From positions 1,926,024 to 1,990,023 of the forward strand of contig OZ244044.1 in NCBI GenBank assembly GCA_965215275.1: 64,000 nt of DNA, in the 5' to 3' direction. This document shows, in pieces, positions 34,295 to 44,983 of this stretch (the stretch's first letter is position 1; each line of letters opens with the position of its first letter). Made by a program: the position numbers and the translations under genes. The DNA is from Thermodesulfobacteriota bacterium. GTDB taxonomy: Bacteria > Desulfobacterota_D > UBA1144 > Nemesobacterales > JAJCZQ01. Below the pieces are notes generated by a model. That model worked only from the letters and a program-made list of their open reading frames with translations, was not told the origin of the DNA and made no database searches.

Positions 34295-35332
34295 TTAGTT
34301 AACTTCCCGTTTGCTTGAAGAAAATATTTGGTTGTGGAGATTGATTGCATAAAAGTCGGTCATACCGGCAATGAAGTCACAAACTTCTCTTTCAAGTTTT
34401 TCACCTTCGATCCGATGCTGTCCATAAGTTTTCTGGAAAATCTCTTCATTCTCGCAAAAATAAGAATAAAGTTCTTTTATAATCTTTACTGCTTCATCAA
34501 ACTCTTGTTTTACCTTAGAGTTTAAATAAACGGACTGAAAGAGATAGCTCTTCAATCCATCTATTGTGTTTTTAAGTTCTTTGCCTATTGTGACCTTTTT
34601 TTCATTCAGTCGTATTGTTTCATAAATTATTTCAGAAACCATCTTGTTAACTCTTTCCGAACTTGTTTTCCCCAACACATTTATATATTCACTGGGAACA
34701 TCGCCTGAGGTAATGACCCCTGACCTTATGGCATCATCAAGATCGTGGTTGGCATACGCGAGCAGATCCGATATTCGGACGACCTGACCTTCCATCGTTT
34801 CAGGTACGCAGTTTGGATCGTTTATCGGTCCCTTGCCTTTTGAATGTTTGGCAATTCCATCTATAACTTCATGAGTAAGGTTAAGCCCCTCTCCGTATTT
34901 TTCCAACAACTCAACAACTCTGACACTTTGTTCCACATGCTTAAAGCCACCTGGATGTATTTCATTTAAGACTTGTTCCCCTACGTGTCCAAAAGGGGTG
35001 TGACCAAGGTCATGTCCGAGGGCTATAGCCTCAGTTAAATCCTCGTTGAGCCTTAAACCCCTTGATATAGTCCTTGCGATCTGCGATACCTCTATAACAT
35101 GAGTTAATCGTGTTCGGTAATGATCATTGTTTAAATAAGGAAACACCTGGGTTTTATGTTTCATTCTTCTGAAAGACTTGCTGTGGATTATTCTGTCCCT
35201 ATCGCGCTGAAAAGGTGTCCTTATATCACACTGCTTTTCTTCTATACATCTTCCTTTTGAATCGGAACTTAGACAGGCAAAAGGAGACAGTATCTGTTTT
35301 TCTACTTCTTGGTACTGTTCTCTTATTTTCAT
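34295..35332 (-). CDS. dgt: dGTP triphosphohydrolase (HD family)
   Basis: FQRDRDRI, RTRLTH, GHDLGHTPFGH, IAGMTD. Confidence 0.92.
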   Translation of the reverse strand: MKIREQYQEVEKQILSPFACLSSDSKGRCIEEKQCDIRTPFQRDRDRIIHSKSFRRMKHKTQVFPYLNNDHYRTRLTHVIEVSQIARTISRGLRLNEDLTEAIALGHDLGHTPFGHVGEQVLNEIHPGGFKHVEQSVRVVELLEKYGEGLNLTHEVIDGIAKHSKGKGPINDPNCVPETMEGQVVRISDLLAYANHDLDDAIRSGVITSGDVPSEYINVLGKTSSERVNKMVSEIIYETIRLNEKKVTIGKELKNTIDGLKSYLFQSVYLNSKVKQEFDEAVKIIKELYSYFCENEEIFQKTYGQHRIEGEKLEREVCDFIAGMTDFYAINLHNQIFSSSKREVN

Positions 35333-35341
35333 GGAATTGTT

Positions 35342-36103
35342 TTAAATCCTCATTAATATACCTTGTGAGTTGAGGGTTCTCTTTACCTCCGAAATAGTGA
35401 ATTCTCCATAGTGAAATATTGATGCACAAAGGACTGCGTCTGCCTTGCCGTAGTTGATCGCATCTATCATATGTTCAATTTTGCCCGCTCCACCGGATGC
35501 AATTAACGGTACGTTCACGGTTTTGGATACCATCCTTGTAAGTTCTATATCATATCCGTCTTTGGTGCCATCTTTATCCATACTTGTCAAAAGTATTTCT
35601 CCTGCACCTAGATTTTCTATTTTTTTTGCCCATTCAACTGCATCTATGCCCGTTGGAGTTCTGCCTCCGTGTGTGTAAACCTCCCATGTATCTTTTCCGT
35701 TAGAACGGGCGTCAATTGCAGCAACTATGCATTGACTTCCAAATTTATCAGATGCTTCCTTAATGAACTGAGGGTTTTTGACCGCAGCGGTATTTATGGC
35801 AACTTTATCTGCACCAGCCAGAAGTAAGTTCCTGACATCATCAATGGTTCTTACTCCTCCACCCACCGTTAATGGAACGAACACCTTGCTGGCAGACTTT
35901 TTGACAACTTCTATCATGTTATCTCTGTTTTCATAGGATGCAGTAATATCTAAGAAGGTAATCTCGTCAGCTCCTTCCTCGCTGTATTTTTTTGCAACTT
36001 CCACCGGGTCCCCGGCATCGCGGAGATTTAGGAACTGCACTCCTTTGACCACTCTTCCATCTTTAACGTCCAAACAAGGGATAATTCTCTTTGAAATCAT
36101 CAA
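35342..36103 (-). CDS. hisF: Imidazole glycerol phosphate synthase subunit
   Basis: [23 protein letters not shown]. Confidence 0.97.
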   Translation of the reverse strand: MMISKRIIPCLDVKDGRVVKGVQFLNLRDAGDPVEVAKKYSEEGADEITFLDITASYENRDNMIEVVKKSASKVFVPLTVGGGVRTIDDVRNLLLAGADKVAINTAAVKNPQFIKEASDKFGSQCIVAAIDARSNGKDTWEVYTHGGRTPTGIDAVEWAKKIENLGAGEILLTSMDKDGTKDGYDIELTRMVSKTVNVPLIASGGAGKIEHMIDAINYGKADAVLCASIFHYGEFTISEVKRTLNSQGILMRI

Positions 36104-36822
36104 CCGTACCTTTCAATAGCGGATTTAAGATCAATTGAGCCTGAATAGATGGACCTGCCAAGTATAACACCGTGTAGGCCCGAAGAGTTTAAATCAGACA
36201 GTTTTTGCAGGTCGTTCATTGATGCAATGCCTCCGGACGCAATGACCGGGCTTGTGCATATATCAATGAATTTTTTAACTGGTTGCAGATTGATGCCTTC
36301 CATTGTCCCGTCTTTATCAACATTTGTATTTATAAACATACATACACCAAAACCTTCCAGTTTATTAACAGTTTCTTCCACGCTGTCGTCAATGACCTCT
36401 TTCCAACCTCTTATAGCAATTTTTTCGTTTTTTGTATCAATGCCTACGGCTATCTTTCCCGGATGCCTTTCACATGCCTTTTTAATGAACTGATCATCAG
36501 TGAAGGCTTTTGTTCCTATTATAACTCTTTTAACTCCGGCCGATATGTATCTATCGATTGTTTCAATTTCTCTTATTCCACCACCAACCTGTATAGATGA
36601 ATCTAAATGCTGCAATATATCGCTGATGGTCTCAAAATTTTCAGGTGTTCCTTTAAATGCTCCATTAAGGTCAACCAAATGTATCCACTTTGCCCCGCAG
36701 GCTTCCCATTCTCTGGCGGTTTGCACCGGATCTGTGGAAAACACGGTTTCGGTTCCTTCCTCACCTTTGAGTAATCTAACACATTTTCCATCCTTTAAAT
36801 CAATTGCGGGAATAATTTCCAT
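36100..36822 (-). CDS. hisA: ProFAR isomerase
   Basis: [26 protein letters not shown]. Confidence 0.96.
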   Translation of the reverse strand: MEIIPAIDLKDGKCVRLLKGEEGTETVFSTDPVQTAREWEACGAKWIHLVDLNGAFKGTPENFETISDILQHLDSSIQVGGGIREIETIDRYISAGVKRVIIGTKAFTDDQFIKKACERHPGKIAVGIDTKNEKIAIRGWKEVIDDSVEETVNKLEGFGVCMFINTNVDKDGTMEGINLQPVKKFIDICTSPVIASGGIASMNDLQKLSDLNSSGLHGVILGRSIYSGSIDLKSAIERYG

Positions 36823-37494
36823 GAAGGGTTTTTGATAAAATGTCAGAATTTAGAGATGCAAAATAATATACTGGAAAATTTTGTTATAAAAAGTGGATAT
36901 TAAAGCAGAAAAGAGAAAGTATAATACCACCAAATGTTTTATGCTCAGAGTATTTTCTCAAGAGTGATTTGATGTAACAGTAGGGGTTTGGTAAATCATC
37001 AGTCAGAAAATGGTCTGGAGAGCATGGAATACAATTCCCCAGCGAAACTTAAGGGTCGGTGATTTACTGAGTTTTATATATCAAATACGACCAAACTACC
37101 GGGTTCAATTTGTCTGGAATTTTTATTATAAGACCAGTTGGGGTATTTTGTTTAACTTTTTATAACCACTATTTTTCCAATCTTAACTACGGGAATTTTT
37201 AATAGTTTGTTATATGGTATCATAAGCATTTTTGAACTCCGGTATAACTCCTTCAACCTATTGTTTCTCTTTCTTCATAAACACTTATGATATAAATTTT
37301 TCAATGGTCTTAGTTTTGCGTTCTTGATTGTTTTTTATATAAACATATAATAAAATCATCTTCTAACGAAGGAGATATAGAGTTAGATTTTGTGGAGGCG
37401 GGAATTACATTAATGACTTTTGAAAAACTTAATAAGTAGTGGGTAGTTATAGATTTGCGGGATAAAAGTGAAGAGCAGTATCTTTTCTCACACT

Positions 37495-37668
37495 AAATTA
37501 AAAGTAGATGAACCTAAAGGTTATAAAATGACTCGGGCAGAAACGCTTGAGTTTTTATTGGGTCAATATAGAAGCAAAATTAGGATTGCAACCGTCAATT
37601 TGATGACCCCACATATCTTAAACTATATCATATAAGTTAAGAGTAATCGTTATCAATAACCAAAAAAT
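37495..37668 (+). repeat. Diverged direct repeat of about 173 bp (partner 40180..40352), ending in a GT2 3'-end remnant
   Basis: AAATTAAAAGTAGATGAACCTAAAGG...TCAATAACCAAA in both copies. Confidence 0.85.
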
Positions 37669-38731
37669 GGGAATTATATATTAACACAATACACAATTAA
37701 AACATTGATAATTATAGTTGACTCATCTGGCTGAAATACCAGGTAAGATTTGCAATATGTGGTGTTAGGCAAATATCAAGCGTTATCTTTACGGTAAGAA
37801 TTCCAAAACTGGTTGCTAAACAGACCTCCATATGTATATTATTAGTTTTAAAATCTAACATCTGGTCCTTTATGAAAGAGATAGCAAGCAAACAGAAATG
37901 GATCAGGGTTGAGAAGTTACATAAACTGACCGAGCGGTGAATTTATCCTTTATTTGAACGTCTGCAAAGATCCAGTTGAAGTCCTGAGGTATGAATGATG
38001 AAAAACGTATTTGAGGTTGACAGTATTTATAAGACATTTTCAAATAAGAACAATAAGGTAGAAGCTTTAAAGGGAGTAACCCTTAATATACGCGATGGTG
38101 AAACGCTCGGTATAAAGGGAAGATCAGGGTCCGGCAAAAGCACCTTACTGCATATACTGGGGACTTTAGAGAAGCCAACGGAGGGCAGGGTCTTATTCGA
38201 TGGGGTAGACGTCTTTAAGCATGACGACAAGAGCCTGTCACGTATCAGGAACGAGAAGATAGGGTTCGTATTTCAGTTCCCCTATCTCCTTCCGGACCTA
38301 AATGCCTTGGAAAATGTTATGTTACACTGTTTGGCGAACGGAATGGAAAATAAAACAGCAAAGGAAACGGCCTTGGCCGCGCTGGAAAGAGTTGGTTTAG
38401 CAAACAAATCAAGCCATAAGCCAGGTGAACTGTCAGGTGGTGAGCAGCAAAGAGTTGCAATTGCAAGGTCTGTTGTTCTAGGTCCGAAGGCAGTGCTTGC
38501 AGATGAACCGGCGGGTAAACTGGACCTGAAAACAGGGATGAGCATAGTCGACCTCTTTTTGGGATTGAACGAGGAAAAAGGCATTACATTTGTGATCGCC
38601 CACGATTCTAGGATAATTGATAGATTGAGCAGAAAGGCAATACTGTCGGATGGGAAAATAGTCGATGTTAACTAAAATTTATAGTGTTATTGAATTTTTT
38701 CTCGCTTTTGTCACTAAAGCATATAATTCCC
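37669..38731. mobile_element. Putative non-autonomous cassette bounded by IS1595-type TIRs, carrying lolE end, lolD and the next gene start
   Basis: GGGAATTATATA at 37669 and CATATAATTCCC ending 38731; KDPVEVLRYE* at 37966..37998. Confidence 0.55.
37995..38675 (+). CDS. lolD: LolD-like ABC ATPase (motifs partly eroded)
   Basis: GRSGSGKST, LSGGEQQRVAIAR, DEPAGKLD, AHD; preceded by a LolC/E-type C-terminus. Confidence 0.75.
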   Translation: MMKNVFEVDSIYKTFSNKNNKVEALKGVTLNIRDGETLGIKGRSGSGKSTLLHILGTLEKPTEGRVLFDGVDVFKHDDKSLSRIRNEKIGFVFQFPYLLPDLNALENVMLHCLANGMENKTAKETALAALERVGLANKSSHKPGELSGGEQQRVAIARSVVLGPKAVLADEPAGKLDLKTGMSIVDLFLGLNEEKGITFVIAHDSRIIDRLSRKAILSDGKIVDVN

Positions 38732-39722
38732 GATTAAATACCTTACCAGAACCAAAGGATGCAAAAGGATATTTTGAACGCGGAAACGACTTTTTGAACA
38801 AAGGAGAAATCCTAAAAGCCATTAATGATCTAGATGAGGCAGTCCATCTCAATCCACAATTTGGAAGAGCTTACTATAACAGAGGACTTGCCAAAAATAA
38901 ACTTGGGCAATATAAGAAAGCGGTCGAGGACTTTGATAAAGCAATAGGGACCAATCCCCTCCCCCCCCCCATCAAGATACAGAACTTTACTATCATAGAG
39001 GGCTTGCCAAAAACGAGCTTGGAAAATACAAGGAAGCAATTAAGGATTTTGACAAAGCAATAGGGATTAGGCCGCAAGAGGCAATATTCTACCATGACAG
39101 AGGGTTTGCCAAAAAAGCACTTGGTCAACACAAGGAAGCAATTAAGGAGTTTGACAAAGTAATAGAGGTCTATCCGCAATTAATAGTAAATTATTATGCC
39201 AGAGGAATTTCCAAAAAAGCACTTGGTCAACACAAGGAAGCAATTAAGGAGTTTGACAAAGTAATAGAGGTCTATCCGCAATTAATAGTAAATTATTATG
39301 CCAGAGGAATTTCCAAAAAAGCACTTGGTCAACACAAGGAAGCAATCAAAGACTTTGGCAAGGTCATAGAGATCAATCCGAAATTCACAATAGACTACTA
39401 TCATAGAGGGCGTGCCAAATACAAACTTGGTCAATACAAGGAAGCAATTAAAGACTTTGATAAAGCAATAGAGAAAAATCCACAATTCGCAAGATACTAC
39501 TGTCATAGAGGGCGTGCCAAATATAAACTTGGTCAATACAAGGAAGCAATTAAAGATCTTGACAAAGCAATAGAGAAAAATCCACGATTAACAGAAACAT
39601 ACAATAACAGAGGGCTTGCCAAATATAAACTTGGGCAATACAGAGAAGCGACCCATGACTTTTACCGTTATATGAGGAAGCGATTATCCGACTGCTCGTC
39701 AAATGCTTTTTTTATTCTATGA
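38665..39722 (+). pseudogene. Multi-TPR protein frameshifted at a C10 tract, 3' end running into an IS remnant
   Basis: TPR repeats (YYNRGLAK..LG.Y..A..DFDKAI) continue in another frame after 38961..38970 to a stop at 39720..39722. Confidence 0.8.
39109..39346 (+). repeat. Exact 102-bp (one TPR) tandem duplication, about 2.3 units
   Basis: Identical units start at 39109, 39211 and 39313. Confidence 0.9.
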
Positions 39723-40179
39723 CCCAAGAACCAAGCTGTTTTCTGAGTAACTCCTAAATCCCTTCTCAATTTATAACTGGATACTCCTTTAAGATCAGTA
39801 TTCAGTAAGTAAACAGCCATTAGCCATTTATGAAGGGATATCCTGCTTTCAGCTAATAAAGTGTTGGTTCTTATAATGAAATATATTTATCACAATTTTT
39901 ATTTACATCTATATGGCATTGCTGGATATTTTGATCTTGAAGTCCTGATGCTTCCACAACGGGGACAGTGTCTGTCCTCTCTTCCTTTACCTCATAATCT
40001 TTCTGCAAAATTATCATGAACTGATCCCTCATCTGGAAACTTCTTAAAAAACTCATACAAACTAACTTTATTCTCTTGTACCATATCCTTTTTTCTCCTG
40101 ATATTTATCTTATGGTACTATTTTACCACTTTTTACTTGATAAATTAACTCATTTTCGGTACTTAAGTATATTATACCC
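39672..40179 (-). mobile_element. Truncated IS1595 subtype B (left end + 5' transposase pseudogene)
   Basis: TIR GGGTATAATATACTTAAGTACC; MVQENKVSLYEFFKKFPDE, HCPRCGS, KGVSS, LGHRIKKAF. Confidence 0.85.
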
Positions 40180-40336
40180 AAATTAAAAGTAGATGAACCT
40201 AAAGGTCGTATAATGACTCGTGCGGAAATACTTGAACTTTTATTGGGTCAATATAGGAACAAATGTAAGGTTGCAACCTTACATTTGATGACCCACATAT
40301 CTTAAATTATATCATATCAGTTAAGAGCAATCGTCA

Positions 40337-42217
40337 TCAATAGCCAAACAATAATTTGTATATTAACTTCTGCAGACCTTTATGTTGAGTTTCTAAATCT
40401 TTATGTTGAGTTTCTAAATCTTTATGTTGAGTTTCTAAATCTTTATGTTGAGTTTCTAAATCTTTATGTTGAGTTTCTAAATCTTTATGTTGAGTTTCTA
40501 AATCTTTATGTTGAGTTTCTAAATCTTTATGTTGAGTTTCTAAATCTTTATGTTGAGTTTCTAAATCTTTATGTTGAGTTTCTAAATCTTTATGTTGAGT
40601 TTCTAAATCTTTATGTTGAGCCTGCCATCTTCTCCTTTGGATTATAGTACTAACAAGTTTCAGGTGTTTTGCAGCTATGACCTTCACCCAATGTTTTTCG
40701 TATAACTTTCTGTGCTTATTTATTATATAGGAACAACGAACATCTGCCATATTAACATTACTAGCATACAGTGAATGTTCGTGTCTTCTAATATTAACTA
40801 AATATTCATGTATTACTCTTATCTTCCATCCATCTTTAGCTATATTTATCCAGTGTTCCCAATCTTCATGAGACTTCAAATTTTCATCATACATACCCAC
40901 TTTAACGGATGCTTCTCGTCTGAAACAAGATGTCGCTAATATATAATCATGTGTTAACATTCTAACTAAACTCGTATCACCTATGCTATTACTAGATTTG
41001 CCAGTAATATCTCCAAATGTATTAAAAAAAGAAGCCACTATTCCGACATTTTTATAGTTTTCAAACACATTTCTTGCTTTCTCTAGATAGGTCGGTTCTA
41101 AATAATCATCTCCATCAAGACAACATATATATTCAGAATCTGCATTCTTTATTCCTTCATTACGAGCTGCTGAAAGTCCTCTGTTTTTATCCAGTCTTAT
41201 TATGTGAACATTGTTTGAAATCTGGTTCAGAACCTTAATTGTTTCTGGTTCGTCCGAGCAATCATCAACTACTATAAGTTGCACATCTTGCAGCGTTTGA
41301 CTGAGAACCGAGTTAATTGCCTCCTTCAGCCATCTCCCTTTGTTGTAAGAGGTAATTACTACGGTGAACTTTATATATTCAATATCTTTATAATACTTAC
41401 GAAAACTTTGTATAAGTGGATACTTCAGAGTCAATATATGAAATAAATACTTATACCTCTCTACTTTTAACGAAAGATGTGTTAAATCATCATAATAATC
41501 GTGAAATAAAACTAAATCCGGATCATAAAGAAAAGAATCCTTGTCATATCCATAAAACTCAACCATTCTAAAACACAGAAATATGCCTTCGTGTCCCATC
41601 AGACCATCCTCAAAACCTCCCACCTCAATAAAATCCTTCCTCTTGAACATTGAGATACCTTCAGTATTTATATAGCAAGGAATAACCTTATCTCCTAGAT
41701 CATAATGTTCCGATCCAACTCTAATAAAACCGGTACGGATTTGTTTTACCTTACCCCTAATTGCCACTAATTTATGGTCATTTATCAGAACTTGAACCTT
41801 ATCAAAAGCTATGTTCACATCTTCAAGGTAACCATCGGCATCAACAAAAAAAATAACGGGTGCATTACAATATAAACTCCCTATGTTCCTTCCCGTTCCA
41901 CCTCCCACGTTTTTATTCATAACAATATGCTTTAGGGAATAGGACCGTAACCTTTCTTTAGCAGGTTCGGATAGACCATTATCAACAACTACTATTTCAT
42001 ACGACCGTGATTTGGCACATGTGATAGAATTCAATGCTTTGAACAATAACTCATTTTCATTATGAGCAACCAGTAAAAAACTTATCCGGGGATTTTGGAT
42101 ACCTTGCAAATTATATGAATTGACCTCTTCTATACGATCACTATACTTTTCTATTGAAACCGGAGGCTTTTTACTCTCTAACTTTAAATTGAAATAATCC
42201 TTGAGGTTATTTTGCAT
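40337..42217 (-). CDS. Two-domain GT2 glycosyltransferase with 11-heptad tail and shortened anchor
   Basis: Two GT-A domains (VVDNG/FVDAD and VVDD/LDGDD); HKDLETQ x11. Confidence 0.9.
   Translation of the reverse strand: MQNNLKDYFNLKLESKKPPVSIEKYSDRIEEVNSYNLQGIQNPRISFLLVAHNENELLFKALNSITCAKSRSYEIVVVDNGLSEPAKERLRSYSLKHIVMNKNVGGGTGRNIGSLYCNAPVIFFVDADGYLEDVNIAFDKVQVLINDHKLVAIRGKVKQIRTGFIRVGSEHYDLGDKVIPCYINTEGISMFKRKDFIEVGGFEDGLMGHEGIFLCFRMVEFYGYDKDSFLYDPDLVLFHDYYDDLTHLSLKVERYKYLFHILTLKYPLIQSFRKYYKDIEYIKFTVVITSYNKGRWLKEAINSVLSQTLQDVQLIVVDDCSDEPETIKVLNQISNNVHIIRLDKNRGLSAARNEGIKNADSEYICCLDGDDYLEPTYLEKARNVFENYKNVGIVASFFNTFGDITGKSSNSIGDTSLVRMLTHDYILATSCFRREASVKVGMYDENLKSHEDWEHWINIAKDGWKIRVIHEYLVNIRRHEHSLYASNVNMADVRCSYIINKHRKLYEKHWVKVIAAKHLKLVSTIIQRRRWQAQHKDLETQHKDLETQHKDLETQHKDLETQHKDLETQHKDLETQHKDLETQHKDLETQHKDLETQHKDLETQHKDLETQHKGLQKLIYKLLFGY
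40385..40615 (-). repeat. 21-bp tandem repeat CATAAAGATTTAGAAACTCAA x11
   Basis: Counted directly. Confidence 0.95.
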
Positions 42218-42524
42218 TTTAACAGTGCCGTAACGGTATTGACAAAAACAGGCCAACAACCTACACAAGAAATAAAACAATACAGATAACTAAATATAAA
42301 TAAAGGGAAACTATATACATTATAACTATTAATGTCATCCTTACTAATATACTAATCGTTACGGTAATAAGATATAGATTCAGTAAGGTATATTACATGG
42401 ATAAAAACTAACATTACTCCGTCTGGAGTTTGCCGTTTTTCCTATCTGTTGTTCAAAGTAATTATTCACTTCCGCCTATACTATAAATTAGGATTATTTC
42501 TTTTAATAACAATATTAACTTTTT

Positions 42525-43035
42525 GGGATAATATATACCCTGTATTAATTCCTCCGTCCTGAATATCTTACTTAGTCCTCTTATTGTGTATTACTCACTA
42601 AGCATATTTCTCAACTCATCTTGAATCCATCCATGTAAAATTTTGATTTTTCCATTAGAGCAAGACCTTTTTTAGCTACATACATATGGTATGACTTATA
42701 CATAGTGGAAATATCTTTGGTTTTCTACCAATTAAACTCTTTCATATTTAATGAACAACGGACACTGTTCAATAAGGCTTTTGAAAGCATTGGTGGAATT
42801 GCTTTACAAACTTGTAGATTCTTTTTATAGTTCTTATACTACAACAATGACCACGAGATTTTTCATCTTTCTATAACAAACTTTCAATGTGTTTTCTGAC
42901 TGATTTCTTTATCAGGAAACATCTCCATAAACTCAAACATATCAATCTTTCCATTCTTTCTCATAATAGTTATATTATTTGATGAAGTTTATCTATTTTT
43001 GATTGATATTCTTATTTACAAAATATATAATCCCC
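42525..43035 (-). mobile_element. Internally deleted IS1595 derivative with passenger C5-methyltransferase fragment
   Basis: TIR-like ends GGGATAATATATA and TATATAATCCCC. Minus strand MRKNGKIDMFEFMEMFPDKE..GHCCS (transposase N-terminus) joined to LQVCKAIPPMLSKAL (Dcm motif X-like). Confidence 0.6.
43003..43031 (+). promoter_or_regulatory. Outward sigma70 promoter in IS end
   Basis: TTGATA-17-TATAAT, 11 bp before the GT2 ATG. Confidence 0.55.
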
Positions 43036-43042
43036 ATATTTT

Positions 43043-43954
43043 ATGTTAGATCTTAAAGAATATAACGGTTCAAATTCAAACAAACTATCTTACGGGTTTA
43101 AGTTCACCGTAGTAATTACTTCTTACAACCAAGGAAAATGGCTGAAGGAGGCAATTAACTCGGTTCTCAGTCAAACGTTGCAGGATGTGCAATTGATAGT
43201 AGTTGATGATTGCTCGGACGATCCTGAGACGATCAAGGTTCTGGATGAGATTTCAAAGGATGTTCATGTAATAAGACAGGATAAGAACAGAGGAGTTTCA
43301 TCAGCTCGTAATGAAGGAATAAGGAACGCAGATTCTGAATATATATGTTGTCTTGATGGGGATGATTATTTAGAACCGATCTATTTAGAGAAAGCAAGGA
43401 ACGTGTTTGAAAACTATAAAAATGTCGGAATAGTGGCTTCTTTTTTAAAATTCTTTGGAAAGTTTACTTCAACATGGAAAATGAAAGAAGATGATATGAG
43501 TTTAGTTAAAATGCTATGTAGTGATCGTCTACCTTCATTATCTTGCTTCAGACGAGAGGCATCCGTTAAAGTGGGGATGTATGATGACAATTTGAAGTCT
43601 CATGAAGATTGGGAGCACTGGATAAACATAACTAAAGATGGATGGAAGATAAAAGTAATACCTGAATATTTAATTAACCATAGACTACATGAAGGTTCAA
43701 AGTATGAGAATAACATCAAAGAGGTAAATGTTTATTGTTCTTATATTATAAATAAGCACAAAAAGTTGTATGAAAAACATTGGGTTGAGATCCTTGTTGA
43801 AAAAAATGTTCAATGTAGTAATTATCATATTCAAGTCAGAAAGTTTAAAAGTTTTCCGTTATTTCAGACTACCTCTTGGATATTAAAAACTTCTGAAAAA
43901 TTTATCCCTCAAAGTTTGTCGAAGAAGGTATTAAAATATATTAGTCCGTTTTGA
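43043..43954 (+). CDS. GT2 glycosyltransferase paralog without heptad repeats
   Basis: Same N-terminal GT module; divergent acceptor half and tail. Confidence 0.9.
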   Translation: MLDLKEYNGSNSNKLSYGFKFTVVITSYNQGKWLKEAINSVLSQTLQDVQLIVVDDCSDDPETIKVLDEISKDVHVIRQDKNRGVSSARNEGIRNADSEYICCLDGDDYLEPIYLEKARNVFENYKNVGIVASFLKFFGKFTSTWKMKEDDMSLVKMLCSDRLPSLSCFRREASVKVGMYDDNLKSHEDWEHWINITKDGWKIKVIPEYLINHRLHEGSKYENNIKEVNVYCSYIINKHKKLYEKHWVEILVEKNVQCSNYHIQVRKFKSFPLFQTTSWILKTSEKFIPQSLSKKVLKYISPF

Positions 43955-44624
43955 TTATTTAATGCTTGATTACGATTCTATCCATTCTTATATGGATGAG
44001 ATACCAATAAGATACATCTCTCCATAAAAGTACTGTTTAATTCTTCAAATAAAGTGTTTACATTGATACTTGGGATTGGTTTTTATGTAGTATCCACCAT
44101 AAAATAGAGAATTGGTATCCGCACAATATTGAAAATTTGGTTTAAGATTCACACAAGAAATCAATATTTTTCCAAAAACCCTTTAGCTATAAACACTTCT
44201 CTACCAAAGCCATAACACTTATTAGAATCAAATTCACCTTTATCTCTAATTAATAGTTTTTATGTCTAGGTAGCCAGTTATACCCTCTGGGAATTATATA
44301 CTTTAATAAACAAACGGAATATCATTTCAATCCCTAACTGCTCTGTTTTTTATAATCATACTCAATTATTTCTTTCTTCAATGTTTCTAAATTAAAGCCT
44401 ATAAATCACTCATCAACCCGCTTATGTGTCTTGTGTATATTTCCCCGTCTCTCTGTAATTCTCTTTCAACACTTTATACACTAATTTATCGGAACATAAT
44501 AGGTCAAATGCAGATTGAATTCTTCTTTTCTGGGTTTGATGATATACCACCTTAAACCAAGTCTGTAATTTACGATTTTCAGAATTAGCTACTATATAAA
44601 TGTATTTCTTATCTACATAGGATT

Positions 44625-44705
44625 TACCTATTGGTGGATCAAGGTAAATCAGGTCTATACATTCAGAGTTTATACCCTGCATTACTTCAAGGTTATCATT
44701 ACAAA
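44625..44705 (-). pseudogene. N4/N6 DNA methyltransferase N-terminal fragment
   Basis: CNDNLEVMQGINSECIDLIYLDPP, abutting the IS end. Confidence 0.7.
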
Positions 44706-44737
44706 GGGAATTATATACAATAGTGACGAAGCCTGGA

Positions 44738-44926
44738 TTATTTCCTGTTTTTTGAACGTTCAGCAATGTGTTTCTTTACATCCTTCTTTTTAACATTAAC
44801 AGGCTGGAGGATAGCTTTTGCTAACTTTTGCGGAGTTGTATCAATAGCAAACGGATGCTCTTTCTCTTCTTCTGTTGGTTCATAACTGTCTGGTAAGATC
44901 TCTATTGTTTTTTTCTTGTTCGTCAT
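44738..44926 (-). CDS. Small IS1595 accessory ORF
   Basis: Downstream of the transposase within the TIRs; conserved in all three subtype A copies. Confidence 0.6.
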   Translation of the reverse strand: MTNKKKTIEILPDSYEPTEEEKEHPFAIDTTPQKLAKAILQPVNVKKKDVKKHIAERSKNRK

Positions 44927-44983
44927 TGTAAGTTTCTTTTATTTCTTTTTGGTCTGTTTTTTTATCCTGTAACATTATTTATC

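Noticed and set aside
44422..44766. 114-aa ORF as an intact methyltransferase
   Set aside because: Chimera of IS end, a short motif IV fragment and unrelated sequence.
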